A stretch of DNA of 64,000 nucleotides, taken from the IMG/VR virus record IMGVR_UViG_3300023223_000479, one strand, 5' to 3'. This stretch comes from a virus. Below are positions 41,810 to 52,519 of this stretch, in pieces. The position numbers and the translations under genes were made by a program. The notes under the pieces were generated by a model, which had not been told where the DNA came from, ran no database searches, and worked only from the letters and a program-made list of their open reading frames with translations. Positions within the stretch are counted from its first letter, which is position 1; every line of letters starts with the position of its first letter.

Positions 41810-43786
41810 TCACAGCTTTTGTTGATATTTATATTCCTTCTGTAAATTATCAATCCTATCTTTCTCCTCCCGAGGTAGCTCCTGAAAAGTTGTACGCTTA
41901 CCCTCAAATACCATAGAGGATGAGTGAGGTACACCCATAGCATAGAGATAATCCTTACTAGCCTCCTTATGCTTCTCTCTCCTCTCTATTAGCTCAGGTG
42001 TCTCCTCTGCTCTCTCACCTGTACCTAACATTCCTCCATTAATGCCGCAATACGGGCACCAATACTCTGAACCAGGGAAAGAGAATGTCCAAATCAAAGG
42101 AACAGGATACTCTGGATGATTACTACATATTTTCATATTTGTAACATTTTTACAGGTTACTCATCCAATAGTACAATACTCTTAGTAGCTATGCAAGCCT
42201 CAAAATGTTCGCGAGTATAGTACAATACAGATTTGTGACAAGGCGTTATACTACAGTCAGAACCCTCTGCTAGTGTAATATAACAAGCATCCTTATCCTC
42301 TCCACTACTTCTAGGATAAGCTACGTTAGATATCTCAAATCTCTTACCACCTATTTCAAATATCCCATCAATGTATTTTTCCATTGTAATTCTATTTATC
42401 TAAATCTACTACATCTCCCTCTTTGATACAATCCTCAAATTCATTGCATGTATAGTACATCAATGATTTATCTAAATTACCTGTTACTGAGCAGCAATCA
42501 AACTCCTCTATTAATGTTACGCTACAAGGCTCCTCCATGCTTCCCGTATTATGTATTATACTGAGCACCCTGAATACTTTGCCGCCTATCTTGAATTGCC
42601 TTTCTAAATACTTTTCCATAATTATTTTTGTCGCTTGATATAACCTACATAAGCCAAAACAATTATAGTAGCTTCTCCATCCTGATCTTGCTTAGGCAAA
42701 TTCTTAATAGTCAGCTTAATATCTTTACGATTATTAAATCCGCTAACCTTTAGTGTAAGCCTCTTATCTAATATATACCGTTTACGTGTATGCCCTACCA
42801 TAACTGTGATATAAAACAATATAGGCCCATCCTTAGGGGCATAACATATCTTAATCTGATACCAGTATAAACGCCCTGTAATATAGTTTATAAACCTTCT
42901 CATGTACTTACTCTCTCCGTTTTTGATAGCCTATCAACGTCTCCAAATATATTTTATGCAATACTAACTTATTCGTATTACCTAACCTGCCATCTGCCTC
43001 ACTAACTGTTAATGGCCTATCCTTAGCAGCCTCAACATAATTAAACTCTATACCCTCCCTGGTATTAATAAAATCCCCTACCAACGTTACCAGATCTTTC
43101 AATAGCTCATCCTGACCCCACTTAACCCCATCTATAAAGAGGTTCTTACACAACTCATCGTAATCAGGGTACTTACCGTATTCAGCTGGATCACCTATTG
43201 CCTTTACCCTATCAGTTGCTGCTAATACTGCTCTTTGTTTATGTAACATGGTACTTACTTATTTTGATTTACTTACTCTATTACTAGCTTTCTTATCGAC
43301 ATCCTTTCTCCTCTTCTGATACTCCCTATTCAGGTGCTTAAGCTGTCCCTTACGATCTCTGAGCGCCCGTATCAACATATCAATCTTATCGTTAACGTAA
43401 GATACATCATGATCAAACTCCATACCCTTAGCGTATCCCGCATCCACAGCCTTAGTAATATTGTCATTAGCCTCCTGTACTGCCTCATAGACACTACTAA
43501 CCCAAACTTTTCCTTTATACTCTGTAGACACAATTATTTCCATAACCTTCCAAAGGGCTTGAGGAGATGTCATACCATGATACTTATCATCATATTGTGA
43601 TCTACCCTCTAACACAGCTAACGCCTCTATTAAAGATAGTCCTCCCCTCTCATGCAATCTTTGTAGGTCTTGCTTATGATTCCGTATAGCCTGATTCTCG
43701 TATAGCTGCATTACATTCCAAGGAATATACTTAAGCAGTTTACTATCAGAACCTATTATCTTAAACTCATTGTTACTCTCACTCAT
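41810..43786 (-). other. Run of small genes: 41810-42136 (CxxH/CxxC), tandem paralogs 42157-42384 and 42392-42619, 42622-42903, 42908-43249, 43259-43786
   Basis: Short, tightly packed co-directional ORFs. Confidence 0.65.
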
Positions 43787-43822
43787 AATCTAACAATCTT
43801 TATTAGTTAATTACTATTTTAC

Positions 43823-44230
43823 TTACTTTGGACCACAAGTATAAAAATCCCAATCACATTCTCCTCTTACTTCGTTATACTCCTGAACAAATTCCACTAC
43901 AGCAGTATATAGAGCCTCGCCTATCGTCTCTCCATAATGTACAGGCATTCTATTTATCCTGACCATATACTGACCCTCCTTATCGATCATCCCAAACGTC
44001 CTACAGTATGCATAATCTCCATCCTCATATTTAATCTTACATATCTTCTCTAAGACCTTAATACATTGACCTGGATTACCGTTAGGCTTCCAATCAATTA
44101 CCGGACCTAAAGACCCCTCAAAACTTGTAGGGTTAGGTACGTAATGATAAAACCCGTTACTATTGCGCTTCTTTATACCACATCCCAAGAACTCAGCAAG
44201 CATATAATTATTCCCATTGATCGTGCTCAT
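43823..44230 (-). CDS. Phage hypothetical protein
   Basis: TATCTTTA box 4 nt upstream of the ATG. Confidence 0.65.
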   Translation of the reverse strand: MSTINGNNYMLAEFLGCGIKKRNSNGFYHYVPNPTSFEGSLGPVIDWKPNGNPGQCIKVLEKICKIKYEDGDYAYCRTFGMIDKEGQYMVRINRMPVHYGETIGEALYTAVVEFVQEYNEVRGECDWDFYTCGPK

Positions 44231-44369
44231 ACCTTAAAGATACAAAATCAATACTTACCTATAAACCCTACCTTTTATGTATAACTACATTGATAAAAAA
44301 GTGTAAAAATTTTACAGGCATTAGGATTTCTCATTATAAAACCTTACCTTTAGGTATACTATCAAATCA

Positions 44370-44627
44370 ATGGCAAGAACTACAGATTATACCGTAACCG
44401 TAACCTCTAAGGAAGGATTCATTAGAGCTACCTTTAGAGAGTACTCTATGACTCAAGGAGATTTAGAAGGGAATGAGTTAGTAATAAATGGTCCTATCAA
44501 TGGAGTAGATATGATGGATATAACTCTGGATGAGTTTACAGATTCAGGAGGCGAACCTTTTATATTTCCTTTAATGGAGAATGCATTAAACCTTTACTTA
44601 TCTGAGAACAATGTAGGAGAGGGGTAG
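44370..44627 (+). CDS. Acidic small protein in an inverted single-gene block
   Basis: Own TACCTTTA box; its TAG abuts palindrome 44628; upstream palindrome at 44302. Confidence 0.75.
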   Translation: MARTTDYTVTVTSKEGFIRATFREYSMTQGDLEGNELVINGPINGVDMMDITLDEFTDSGGEPFIFPLMENALNLYLSENNVGEG

Positions 44628-44637
44628 TGTAAAAATT

Positions 44638-45120
44638 TTACAATTTGATATACTCTGATAGATCGTCCTCTATATAGCCCTTGAACCATTCCCTAAGAAA
44701 GTTTATACCGTACTTACTAAAGTAGTAATCCTTATACTCTCCTATCCCTAATCTATCGTGTATAGCTTTAGCGAATGCATCTGCCTGCTGTTCATAATAT
44801 AGACAATTACTCATACTGCTATAATACGAATCCTCACCGTACTCATTCCATTGAAACCAGTGAGCTATCTCATGAAATATAGTACCATAATCTTTAGTTG
44901 TAGCTAACCCAATTACATTCTCATCGGCATCCATAAACCCAGAACATCCCTCAATCTGATAAGTAACCCCCATACCTGTTAGCGTACCTACCAACTCCCT
45001 ATCTGATGCCTGCAACAACTTCTTATCCTGGATAGTCTTAACAGTATCCACCACTATCAACTCCATAGCAAGAGGTAGTATCAATTTATTGATGTCAGTT
45101 ATTATCTTAGGAGAGTACAT
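44638..45120 (-). CDS. HExxH metallopeptidase-like (IrrE/ImmA-like) protein
   Basis: TIFHEIAHWFQ...YEQQADAFA. Confidence 0.65.
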   Translation of the reverse strand: MYSPKIITDINKLILPLAMELIVVDTVKTIQDKKLLQASDRELVGTLTGMGVTYQIEGCSGFMDADENVIGLATTKDYGTIFHEIAHWFQWNEYGEDSYYSSMSNCLYYEQQADAFAKAIHDRLGIGEYKDYYFSKYGINFLREWFKGYIEDDLSEYIKL

Positions 45121-45325
45121 ATATTAACAACACTATTATACCTGTCTCTATCACACATACCCCTCTAAGTATCATTTGAGTATACCAGTCATCATTCATA
45201 TCGCCCCCTCAAAATTATAGTTGATCTCCCTACCCCGTACCTTAGTATCCCATTTGACCTTTACTTTATCTCCTATGCTGAGGTATTTACCCTCCTTATC
45301 TTTCAACTCTATCTCTACTACCATA

Positions 45326-45887
45326 TTAAGCCTCCTCCTTTAATACTTTTACAGCCCACTCCAAGTACTCTATCTGAAAATCAAAAGAATATACGGGTAT
45401 ACTATCATGTATAGATTGACCTATCAATGCTTTAAAGCCAGTACCCATATATCCCTCACCCTTACCATTATGCGCTGACCATCCCCAATGCCTCTCATTA
45501 CCTCCCTCAACATAGTTAGCTACCTGTACTATATTGTCCTCAATTATACGAGCATATATAGTACCAATCACATCTTCCTCAGGTTCCTGTATATTCCTCA
45601 ATTCTATCAGAGTAGGTAGGGTATGATTACTTATTATTTGTTTCATATTCCTAATTTAATCATATACTACGACTGAGGCAAGGCTGTAAAATTTTTACAC
45701 CTTACCGGTCCTCAACTAATTCATATCTAGTATTCCACCTACTCAAACCGTAGTCATAATAAGGTATACCTCGCCATCTCAAAACAGGTACATCCTCCAA
45801 TAATATCAACAGTATCTCACAAGCCGTATATAATCCCTGATCTACTGCAAACATCAATCCCTTGTACTTTTCCTTATCGTAGATCAT
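45326..45887 (-). other. Two small hypothetical genes (45326-45646, 45702-45887)
   Basis: Co-directional ORFs on either side of palindrome 45685. Confidence 0.55.
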
Positions 45888-47143
45888 ATCTGAAACCCCT
45901 TTTTATACTTCTTTATTTTGGACGTATCTAAGGACTTACCCCCCTCATCTGACCCCTCTATATCAACGTCTTCCCTATCTTGCTCTAATACGTCTTCTAT
46001 CCCTGAATAGTCGGTTCCTAAGATCTTATCCCTAAAGGTATTCTTTTTGGATTGCAATTTCCTTACCTTTTCCTCAGCCTCTTTATTGTCCTCCTCTATC
46101 TGTTTCTGATCTGTAGTGTGTAGATGTAAGTGTTGAAAGTTACCCTCTAGCTCTATCTTATCCTTGGGAGCCATCCCGGTTATCTTATCTGAGTACTGTA
46201 TTGTAGCCAGATCTACCTCCAAATCCTTCTCATCTAATATCTCCTTGTCCACTGTAATCTTATTACCATCTTTGTCTATTTTCTTCTCAGTAGTTGTTCT
46301 AGTTTTAAACGTCTTCCTCTTTACCATCCTATCCCTTAATGCTATCCGACTCAAGTCCATCAACTCCTGTACATCTGTCTCCCTGGCTAACCTTATCATC
46401 TCCTTACGGACTATCTTAGTATCCTCCCATACTCCCTCTATCTGCTCATACCTCTTTGCTAAGATGCCATAAAATACTTTCTCTGTTGTTCCGGCCTTTA
46501 TGCAGCAATTAACCAGTGTTAAAAACCCGCTCTCCCATTTGTATAGCTGCTCTCCCCTGCTGTTTATAACGGTAGGTATTTTCAATGCTATACACTCAAC
46601 ATAGTACTTACACACCACAGAGAATGTCTTGATAGCCTGTATTATTTGTGTATCCGCATCTATAGCAGTGTAATCGTATTCCTTATTCAGGGATTTAGAC
46701 ATTACCTTACATACCTCAAGTTCGTGAACCAAGTCTAGCTCTATTACCCACTTACCAAAAGAGAAACTATTTATCTTCTGCTCCCTGTATAATTGTTTAA
46801 ATGTCTTGTTAGTATACTGATATCCCTCGATAATGGCTAGGCATTTTTTGAGCTTAGTTTCTTTGGAGTATCTGGTACGCTTTTTATCGCCGTCCGTAAC
46901 TTTATTAGTGCCCTTCTTAACTAACCCCTCGTATATAGTATTGTACTTTCTCTGTAATGCTCCAAACCCTTTCCTCCTTAGGAAGGAATTAAATAGCCTT
47001 CTAGTTATTCCGTTTAAAGCACATACCTCAGCTATGCTCAGTTTAGAATTATCTTGTATACCCTGTATAATACTGGTACAGGTAGCTCTACGCTCTACAT
47101 CTGTTTTAAATTTGTACTCTGGTGTTGATTTACGTTTCGCCAT
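45884..47143 (-). CDS. Multi-HTH DNA-binding protein, possibly a terminase small subunit
   Basis: Repeated HTH-like units (SIAEVCALNGITRRLF; TFKQLYREQKINSFSFGKW) and a C-terminal ITGMAPKDKIELEG reminiscent of TerS tails. Confidence 0.45.
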   Translation of the reverse strand: MAKRKSTPEYKFKTDVERRATCTSIIQGIQDNSKLSIAEVCALNGITRRLFNSFLRRKGFGALQRKYNTIYEGLVKKGTNKVTDGDKKRTRYSKETKLKKCLAIIEGYQYTNKTFKQLYREQKINSFSFGKWVIELDLVHELEVCKVMSKSLNKEYDYTAIDADTQIIQAIKTFSVVCKYYVECIALKIPTVINSRGEQLYKWESGFLTLVNCCIKAGTTEKVFYGILAKRYEQIEGVWEDTKIVRKEMIRLARETDVQELMDLSRIALRDRMVKRKTFKTRTTTEKKIDKDGNKITVDKEILDEKDLEVDLATIQYSDKITGMAPKDKIELEGNFQHLHLHTTDQKQIEEDNKEAEEKVRKLQSKKNTFRDKILGTDYSGIEDVLEQDREDVDIEGSDEGGKSLDTSKIKKYKKGFQI

Positions 47144-47159
47144 TAAGTCTGTAAAATTT

Positions 47160-47447
47160 TTACAACTTATGTTTGTTTTCTGTTATCCAATCTATAGCCT
47201 CTTGTCCTTGTATCCTATCCCTATTATCAAACTGTACATATGCTGATATTGTTTCTCCATGACCGCAGCACGCATTAATAACTCCTGGTAACGTACCTAA
47301 GCAAGCATCATGCCCCTCTATAGTATTATGCCTATTGCACTCTCCACACGGTCTATCCTTATAGGTAGTGGCTGTAGGTTCTTGAGTATCTTTGAATAGC
47401 CATTGATCGTCTATCTCCTCTATTTGATGTCCTCTTAGCTTGCTCAT
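47160..47447 (-). CDS. Cys-rich phage hypothetical protein
   Basis: CGEC...HDACLGTLPGVINACCGHG, a conserved phage family pattern. Confidence 0.7.
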   Translation of the reverse strand: MSKLRGHQIEEIDDQWLFKDTQEPTATTYKDRPCGECNRHNTIEGHDACLGTLPGVINACCGHGETISAYVQFDNRDRIQGQEAIDWITENKHKL

Positions 47448-47769
47448 AGCTGTTACCTCTGGTTCTTTCTATAATATCAAAGCCTCTACATCCTCTCCTA
47501 TATCCTAACGGCCTTATTACACAGCCTGTAGCCCTTACTATTGATGTCCCAAGTTTATACCCGCTCTTTGATATAGATAACTCCGTATGGAAGGCTATCC
47601 CGTACCATATACCACATACTTCACCATAATAATAAGAATCTGGGTACTCTTCAACATCTATACTTGAAAACATTAATATACCATAATCATCAACACAAGC
47701 TACTGTGATATAATTTGGTACACCATTAAATACCTCCTGAGTAAGTTCTTTATCTCCCTGGTAACTCAT
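47359..47769 (-). CDS. Hypothetical protein
   Basis: Its overlap with the next gene suggests the 3' end may be frameshifted. Confidence 0.45.
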   Translation of the reverse strand: MSYQGDKELTQEVFNGVPNYITVACVDDYGILMFSSIDVEEYPDSYYYGEVCGIWYGIAFHTELSISKSGYKLGTSIVRATGCVIRPLGYRRGCRGFDIIERTRGNSYEQAKRTSNRGDRRSMAIQRYSRTYSHYL

Positions 47770-49073
47770 TTGCTCCCCTCTGGTTTAATATTTATCTCCT
47801 CCTTTATGCTCTGATATAAATCCCTCGCCAACACCGTACCTCTATATGTTTTGTCGTATTTCTCCATCTGTATATCGTAGCCATGTTTGGCTAAAAATTC
47901 ATCCGTCTCTGACTCCCTTATAACATCCTCCTTCTCATACAATCCTAATGCACTTGCTATACCTATTACCAGTACATCTTTATCCTCCTCAAATACCTTA
48001 GGTAGATTATTATATATGATCTCACTCACTATCCTAAGCTTTCCATTCCTTGTAGGCTTAAAATCTACGCTATCTAATAAATCCATAATCTGTACTCTAG
48101 TATTACCCCTACGAGGAGGAGCCTGAACTAACATCTTTTTCTTATACATCTCCTCGGTTTCCTCTACATTGCCCCGCTCTATATCCTTTATCTTGCCCTC
48201 CTCTAGTTGATCTATTATAGCCTTAACGAATAGTACCCACAAGTTAGTATACTGGTATTCTTTCTTATACCGTTCTATAGCTCCCTCATACCAATCTGCT
48301 TTATCCCAATCAGACCCTAACCCTAAATCATACCATATACCTATAATAATAAAATCTTTGGAGGATCTAAAATCTTTAGGAATAGTATTAGCTACTATAC
48401 CCCCTATTAATCTCCGCTTACCCTCTATAGTAAAATTGCATACATGTAACTCATCCTCTAGTAGCTCTTTAATCCTCTTTATACAATTCTCAGTATCAAT
48501 GGCTGCTGTAGTACATAAAAGATACGCGGCTTCTACTCCCATATCCTCCTGTATAGAATTATTAAACCCATGCTCTATAACTCCCTCACCATCTTTACCT
48601 AATCTTACATGCTCAAAATCTATTAGATTTTTATCCTGATCTACTGTTTCTAACTCTTCCTTATTACTTACCTGAACATCTACTATAGATACTGTACTTA
48701 ATGCCTCCTCTACCTGAATATTAGTTACCTCTGTACGTACATATTTCATTAGGTTCTGGTATAGCCTAGTACCCTCAATCTCCTCAAACATACCTGCATC
48801 CCCATGATGTTTAGATACATCAGCGTATCTCTGGGATAGCTCCTGAAAAGTGAAAGACCTATGCCGCAATAGTTGAGTACCTATTGCTCTGCTGGTATCT
48901 ATCTTAACAGTTAAATACCCATGTTCAAAAGGACTCCAATGCTTATTAGCTATCAAATACTTTAACAGCTTATCCCCCTCCACTTTCTTATCTTTTCGAG
49001 AGGAAGAAACCCTAGCTATTTCAACTACAAAATCCTCTGCTTTAGGTGTTGAACAAATTAACTCCACTTTCAT
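47766..49073 (-). CDS. thyX: ThyX (flavin-dependent thymidylate synthase) N-terminal half fused to an unrelated sequence
   Basis: ARVSS, HWSPFEH, TSRAIGTQLLRHRSFTFQELSQRYADV match ThyX; after about residue 98 no ThyX motifs remain. Confidence 0.75.
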   Translation of the reverse strand: MKVELICSTPKAEDFVVEIARVSSSRKDKKVEGDKLLKYLIANKHWSPFEHGYLTVKIDTSRAIGTQLLRHRSFTFQELSQRYADVSKHHGDAGMFEEIEGTRLYQNLMKYVRTEVTNIQVEEALSTVSIVDVQVSNKEELETVDQDKNLIDFEHVRLGKDGEGVIEHGFNNSIQEDMGVEAAYLLCTTAAIDTENCIKRIKELLEDELHVCNFTIEGKRRLIGGIVANTIPKDFRSSKDFIIIGIWYDLGLGSDWDKADWYEGAIERYKKEYQYTNLWVLFVKAIIDQLEEGKIKDIERGNVEETEEMYKKKMLVQAPPRRGNTRVQIMDLLDSVDFKPTRNGKLRIVSEIIYNNLPKVFEEDKDVLVIGIASALGLYEKEDVIRESETDEFLAKHGYDIQMEKYDKTYRGTVLARDLYQSIKEEINIKPEGSK

Positions 49074-49504
49074 AATATTATACCTCTGTAAATTTTTTAC
49101 ACTTCAATCTGTTGCGCCTATATAGGTCTTGTACTGCTTATCATTCATGCCCAAGTATTCGGATAGAGGTAATTTAGAGTTTCCCTCATGCCCCTCATCC
49201 ACCATATCATCTATCTGCCTTACCTTTGCTCGGAACTCATCACCCTCCTGCCTTACTACCATCTTAATACCAAAAAACGTACATCCTATATACTCTCTGG
49301 TATCTCTCTCAGGATACTTAAACCCTGCCTTTGATGCGCTACTTCCTATAGAGGATAAAAATTATACGCTATGTTTATAGGATTATACCTTACCTTGATG
49401 CTCCTCCTCTCTTAATACATCAATAACATGCTGATTCACCACCAACACTATCTCATCTGATGGTAAATGATCCTTTACTATCTCTATTAAATTCTCTGTA
49501 TAAT

Positions 49505-51065
49505 TCATTTTGTTACCTCAACAGTTATACAATCTAATTCTACAATATACCTCAATACCTTGATATAACATATCCCACATCTCATGCTCAAGGAAGAATT
49601 ACCCCCATCCCGATATAGTCTAAAGGCTTTAATCCATATCGGATCGTACCTATTTATACTTCTCTTTTTTACTGTTTTCCTTAGGTGTTCTACCTCTTCA
49701 CATTCTACCATATTTGATAAGGCTTATCCATTCTATACTGCTCTCTGTCTATATCATAATCATTGCTAAACACGATGTTAATATCCTCCAAATCATCTAT
49801 CAAATCTGTACCTACTGCGAAGATATCAGGATCAAATATCTCCTCCAGGTATGCATGATTAGGGGCTAACTTCCTAATCTGCTTCTCAGGAGTAACTACT
49901 ACTACCCTGGATATAATCGGAATATCTCCAGGTATAACCTCCTCAAAATCTCCTCTTACATCCGTTATATCAGAACCCTCCTGAATAGCCTTCACTACCT
50001 TACCATAGCTGTCTGGATGTACTACCAACCTATACTTTTTAACCTTAGCTAAGTTAACCTGTATTTGATTTATAGCGTCTGCCATCTTATCTAACATCGA
50101 TTCATTATCGCCCATAATATCCTCCAATTACCTTAACTTTGAACTTTCTTTCCCATATCTTAACCTCTTCAATATGGTTATCATTATGATGATTAATAGA
50201 TATATACGCTAATGTAATCCAAAACCATCTTAACTTATACTGTAATCTATATACAGGAGAGAACCAACTAACACCTATGATTATTCTATATTTACGCATG
50301 ATGTAAAATTTTTACAAATTATCTATCCCTCCACTTCTTTATACTATTAACAGACCTATCCTCTACATCAATAATAAACACTATTGTAGGTATTAACGGG
50401 ATAATGTATACCAATCTCTTTTTATCATCAATATACACTCCCCACCAAAGGTCTCGCCAATTAAACCTTACCCGTATCCTATTAGTAGCTATACAAAATA
50501 TCAGTATACCTATAACAAATACTATAATACATGCAAGCAATAATTTAAAGCCTAAATCCTTCAAAGTGTAAGCCTATATAATGAACCCTTTAACAAATCC
50601 GTATCCTTACCTCAGTTTTGTAATTAAATCCCTTATAATGTATCTATGCCTCCCATACATCACTTACCGCCCACTCTGGACAGCCCTCTCTATTCTCTGA
50701 GCAATTCCTATAGATTCGAATTATCTTAACCTTAAATTTCTTACCTCCCCTAATGACACTGGCAACAAACGTCTTTTCCTTATGAAATCCTGCATTAGGG
50801 GCTTGTCTCTTAGCCGATTCTTTTACTACTTCTATGTCTATCATTTTACCTTTATTTTAGACTTAAGGTATTCCTGTATCTTGTCTGCATCTTCCTTGCT
50901 AAAAGCTCCTACATATTGATACCTTCGAATAACCCCTCCTGCTCCTGAGGATTTATTCCATATCTCTTGTCTTATTAACCAGGATACAAAACCCTCTAAT
51001 TGGTCATCATCATCAAATACAATATCTATCCATATACACTCAATAACTTTTACCTTCATACCCAA
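49505..51065 (-). other. Run of small hypothetical genes (49505-49711, 49705-50127, 50105-50299, 50319-50564 membrane, 50644-50844, 50841-51059)
   Basis: Coupled co-directional ORFs; TATCTTTG box 3 nt upstream of ATG 51059. Confidence 0.6.
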
Positions 51066-51112
51066 AGATACCTCTCCTTATCCCTGCTGTCAAGGGTGCA
51101 ATTTTGTCCGTA

Positions 51113-51583
51113 TTAATCCTCTATTAAGAAATTATCCTTCATGATCTGCTCTATTAAAAAATTTAAACAGTATCCTGAAAAATCATCAGGACCAAGAGAA
51201 ACTATTGCCTTGTGCGGTACTTCGATTTCTCCATTGAATTTGAACGTATCTATACCCCCATCAATCAATCTTATAATCTTATATGATTTATAGCGGTCAA
51301 TTCCTTTCTTATTCCTCTTGATTCTCAGAATTTTTATATATCCGTACTTCTTATCATAGAAATTTGCATATAGCTCTATTCTTATTCTAAATCTGATATC
51401 AAACACTCTAAAATTGAAGTACGAAGATTTCAATTCTAAATCACTAAATCCCCTCAAAGTTTTGGCTTCTGCCTCAAGGCATTTCAAAACATCTGACCCG
51501 GTACTCTTTAAAGAGGTATATACAGAATAATATTTCTGGACATTATTTATTTTTTCGCGGCTAAAATTTTCTCTTGAACTCAT
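51113..51583 (-). CDS. Hypothetical protein (island)
   Basis: Own TATATTTG box; codon style differs from flanking genes. Confidence 0.65.
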   Translation of the reverse strand: MSSRENFSREKINNVQKYYSVYTSLKSTGSDVLKCLEAEAKTLRGFSDLELKSSYFNFRVFDIRFRIRIELYANFYDKKYGYIKILRIKRNKKGIDRYKSYKIIRLIDGGIDTFKFNGEIEVPHKAIVSLGPDDFSGYCLNFLIEQIMKDNFLIED

Positions 51584-51754
51584 TGGTAATTAATTGTTTA
51601 TACTCAAATATAGCCCATCCTCACCTCTATATCAAGGGTGCTAATTTTGGTCTTCAAATACACATTTAAAAGTTTCTTATCTTTGTAATTCGTTCTTTAC
51701 CATTGACACTATATCTAGTATAGTTTGTATCCTCGAAACAACCACACTCAAAAG

Positions 51755-51841
51755 ATGCAAAAGACTATACCGGACTCGTATATACATGCGGTTTCGGTTA
51801 CGTTTTTTGCGGGTACGTGGTTGTACCAGGGGATACCGTAA
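51755..51841 (+). CDS. Putative 28-aa peptide
   Basis: MQKTIPDSYIHAVSVTFFAGTWLYQGIP*, preceded by the same 19-bp leader as the next gene. Confidence 0.35.
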   Translation: MQKTIPDSYIHAVSVTFFAGTWLYQGIP

Positions 51842-51880
51842 CAATGAGCCGCATGTTTTTTTATCCTCAAAACAACCACA

Positions 51881-52234
51881 ATGAAATTCTTAATTATATC
51901 GATGTGCCTGTTCTGTAGTACAAACCTATTCTCTCAACCCCCTGTTATATCTCAGGATTCTGTTTTGATTAGAGTCACTACAGCCGGTAACTATTTTAAA
52001 CACTACCATACAGAAAGGAAACGTGCACTATTCTTTGGCGGATTCTTTATAGCCGTTGGGCAAATACCTCTATGGACCGGGATACGTAATGATGAGCAAG
52101 TGGTTAAGTATTTGGGATATGGTACTGTAGGTGCTGGACTCGTTTATTTTATAGTTCAGAGTCTTCATGCTGAGAGATGGTTAAAGCGTGCCGGAATAGA
52201 ATTGAGTGGGGATGGGGTTAAGTTCCTGTTTTAA
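51881..52234 (+). CDS. Secreted/membrane protein
   Basis: Signal peptide MKFLIISMCLFCSTNLFS plus two TM segments; Bacteroidota-style C-terminus (GVKFLF). Confidence 0.75.
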   Translation: MKFLIISMCLFCSTNLFSQPPVISQDSVLIRVTTAGNYFKHYHTERKRALFFGGFFIAVGQIPLWTGIRNDEQVVKYLGYGTVGAGLVYFIVQSLHAERWLKRAGIELSGDGVKFLF

Positions 52235-52448
52235 AAAGCTCCTTTAGCTCAACACCTAAACCCTTAGCAATATTGTATAGCGTTTCAATCCTTGGATTTC
52301 TATGCCCGTTCTCAATCTTGCTGATAGTAGATTTGGGAATTCCAGATACCGCCTCCAGTTCCGACAACGACAAACCAGCTTTTCCCCTTAAATTCCTGAT
52401 CCGTTTCCCCAACTCTGTTTTGAATTCTTTCACGCATAAAGTTTGCAA
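52218..52448 (-). CDS. XRE/Cro-C1 HTH transcriptional regulator
   Basis: LGKRIRNLR...LSLSELEAVSGIPKSTISKIENGHRNPRIETLYNIAKGLGV. Confidence 0.92.
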   Translation of the reverse strand: MQTLCVKEFKTELGKRIRNLRGKAGLSLSELEAVSGIPKSTISKIENGHRNPRIETLYNIAKGLGVELKELFKTGT

Positions 52449-52519
52449 GTTAATATCATTTTAGTGTTGACGTTTTCGACAACGATTTCTATATTGCGCC
52501 ACACCTTCCAAAACAATAG

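Noticed and set aside
47766-49073. Intein or self-splicing intron interrupting thyX
   Set aside because: No Cys/Ser intein start or HN/HQ end, no LAGLIDADG/HNH motif, and no resumption of ThyX sequence downstream.
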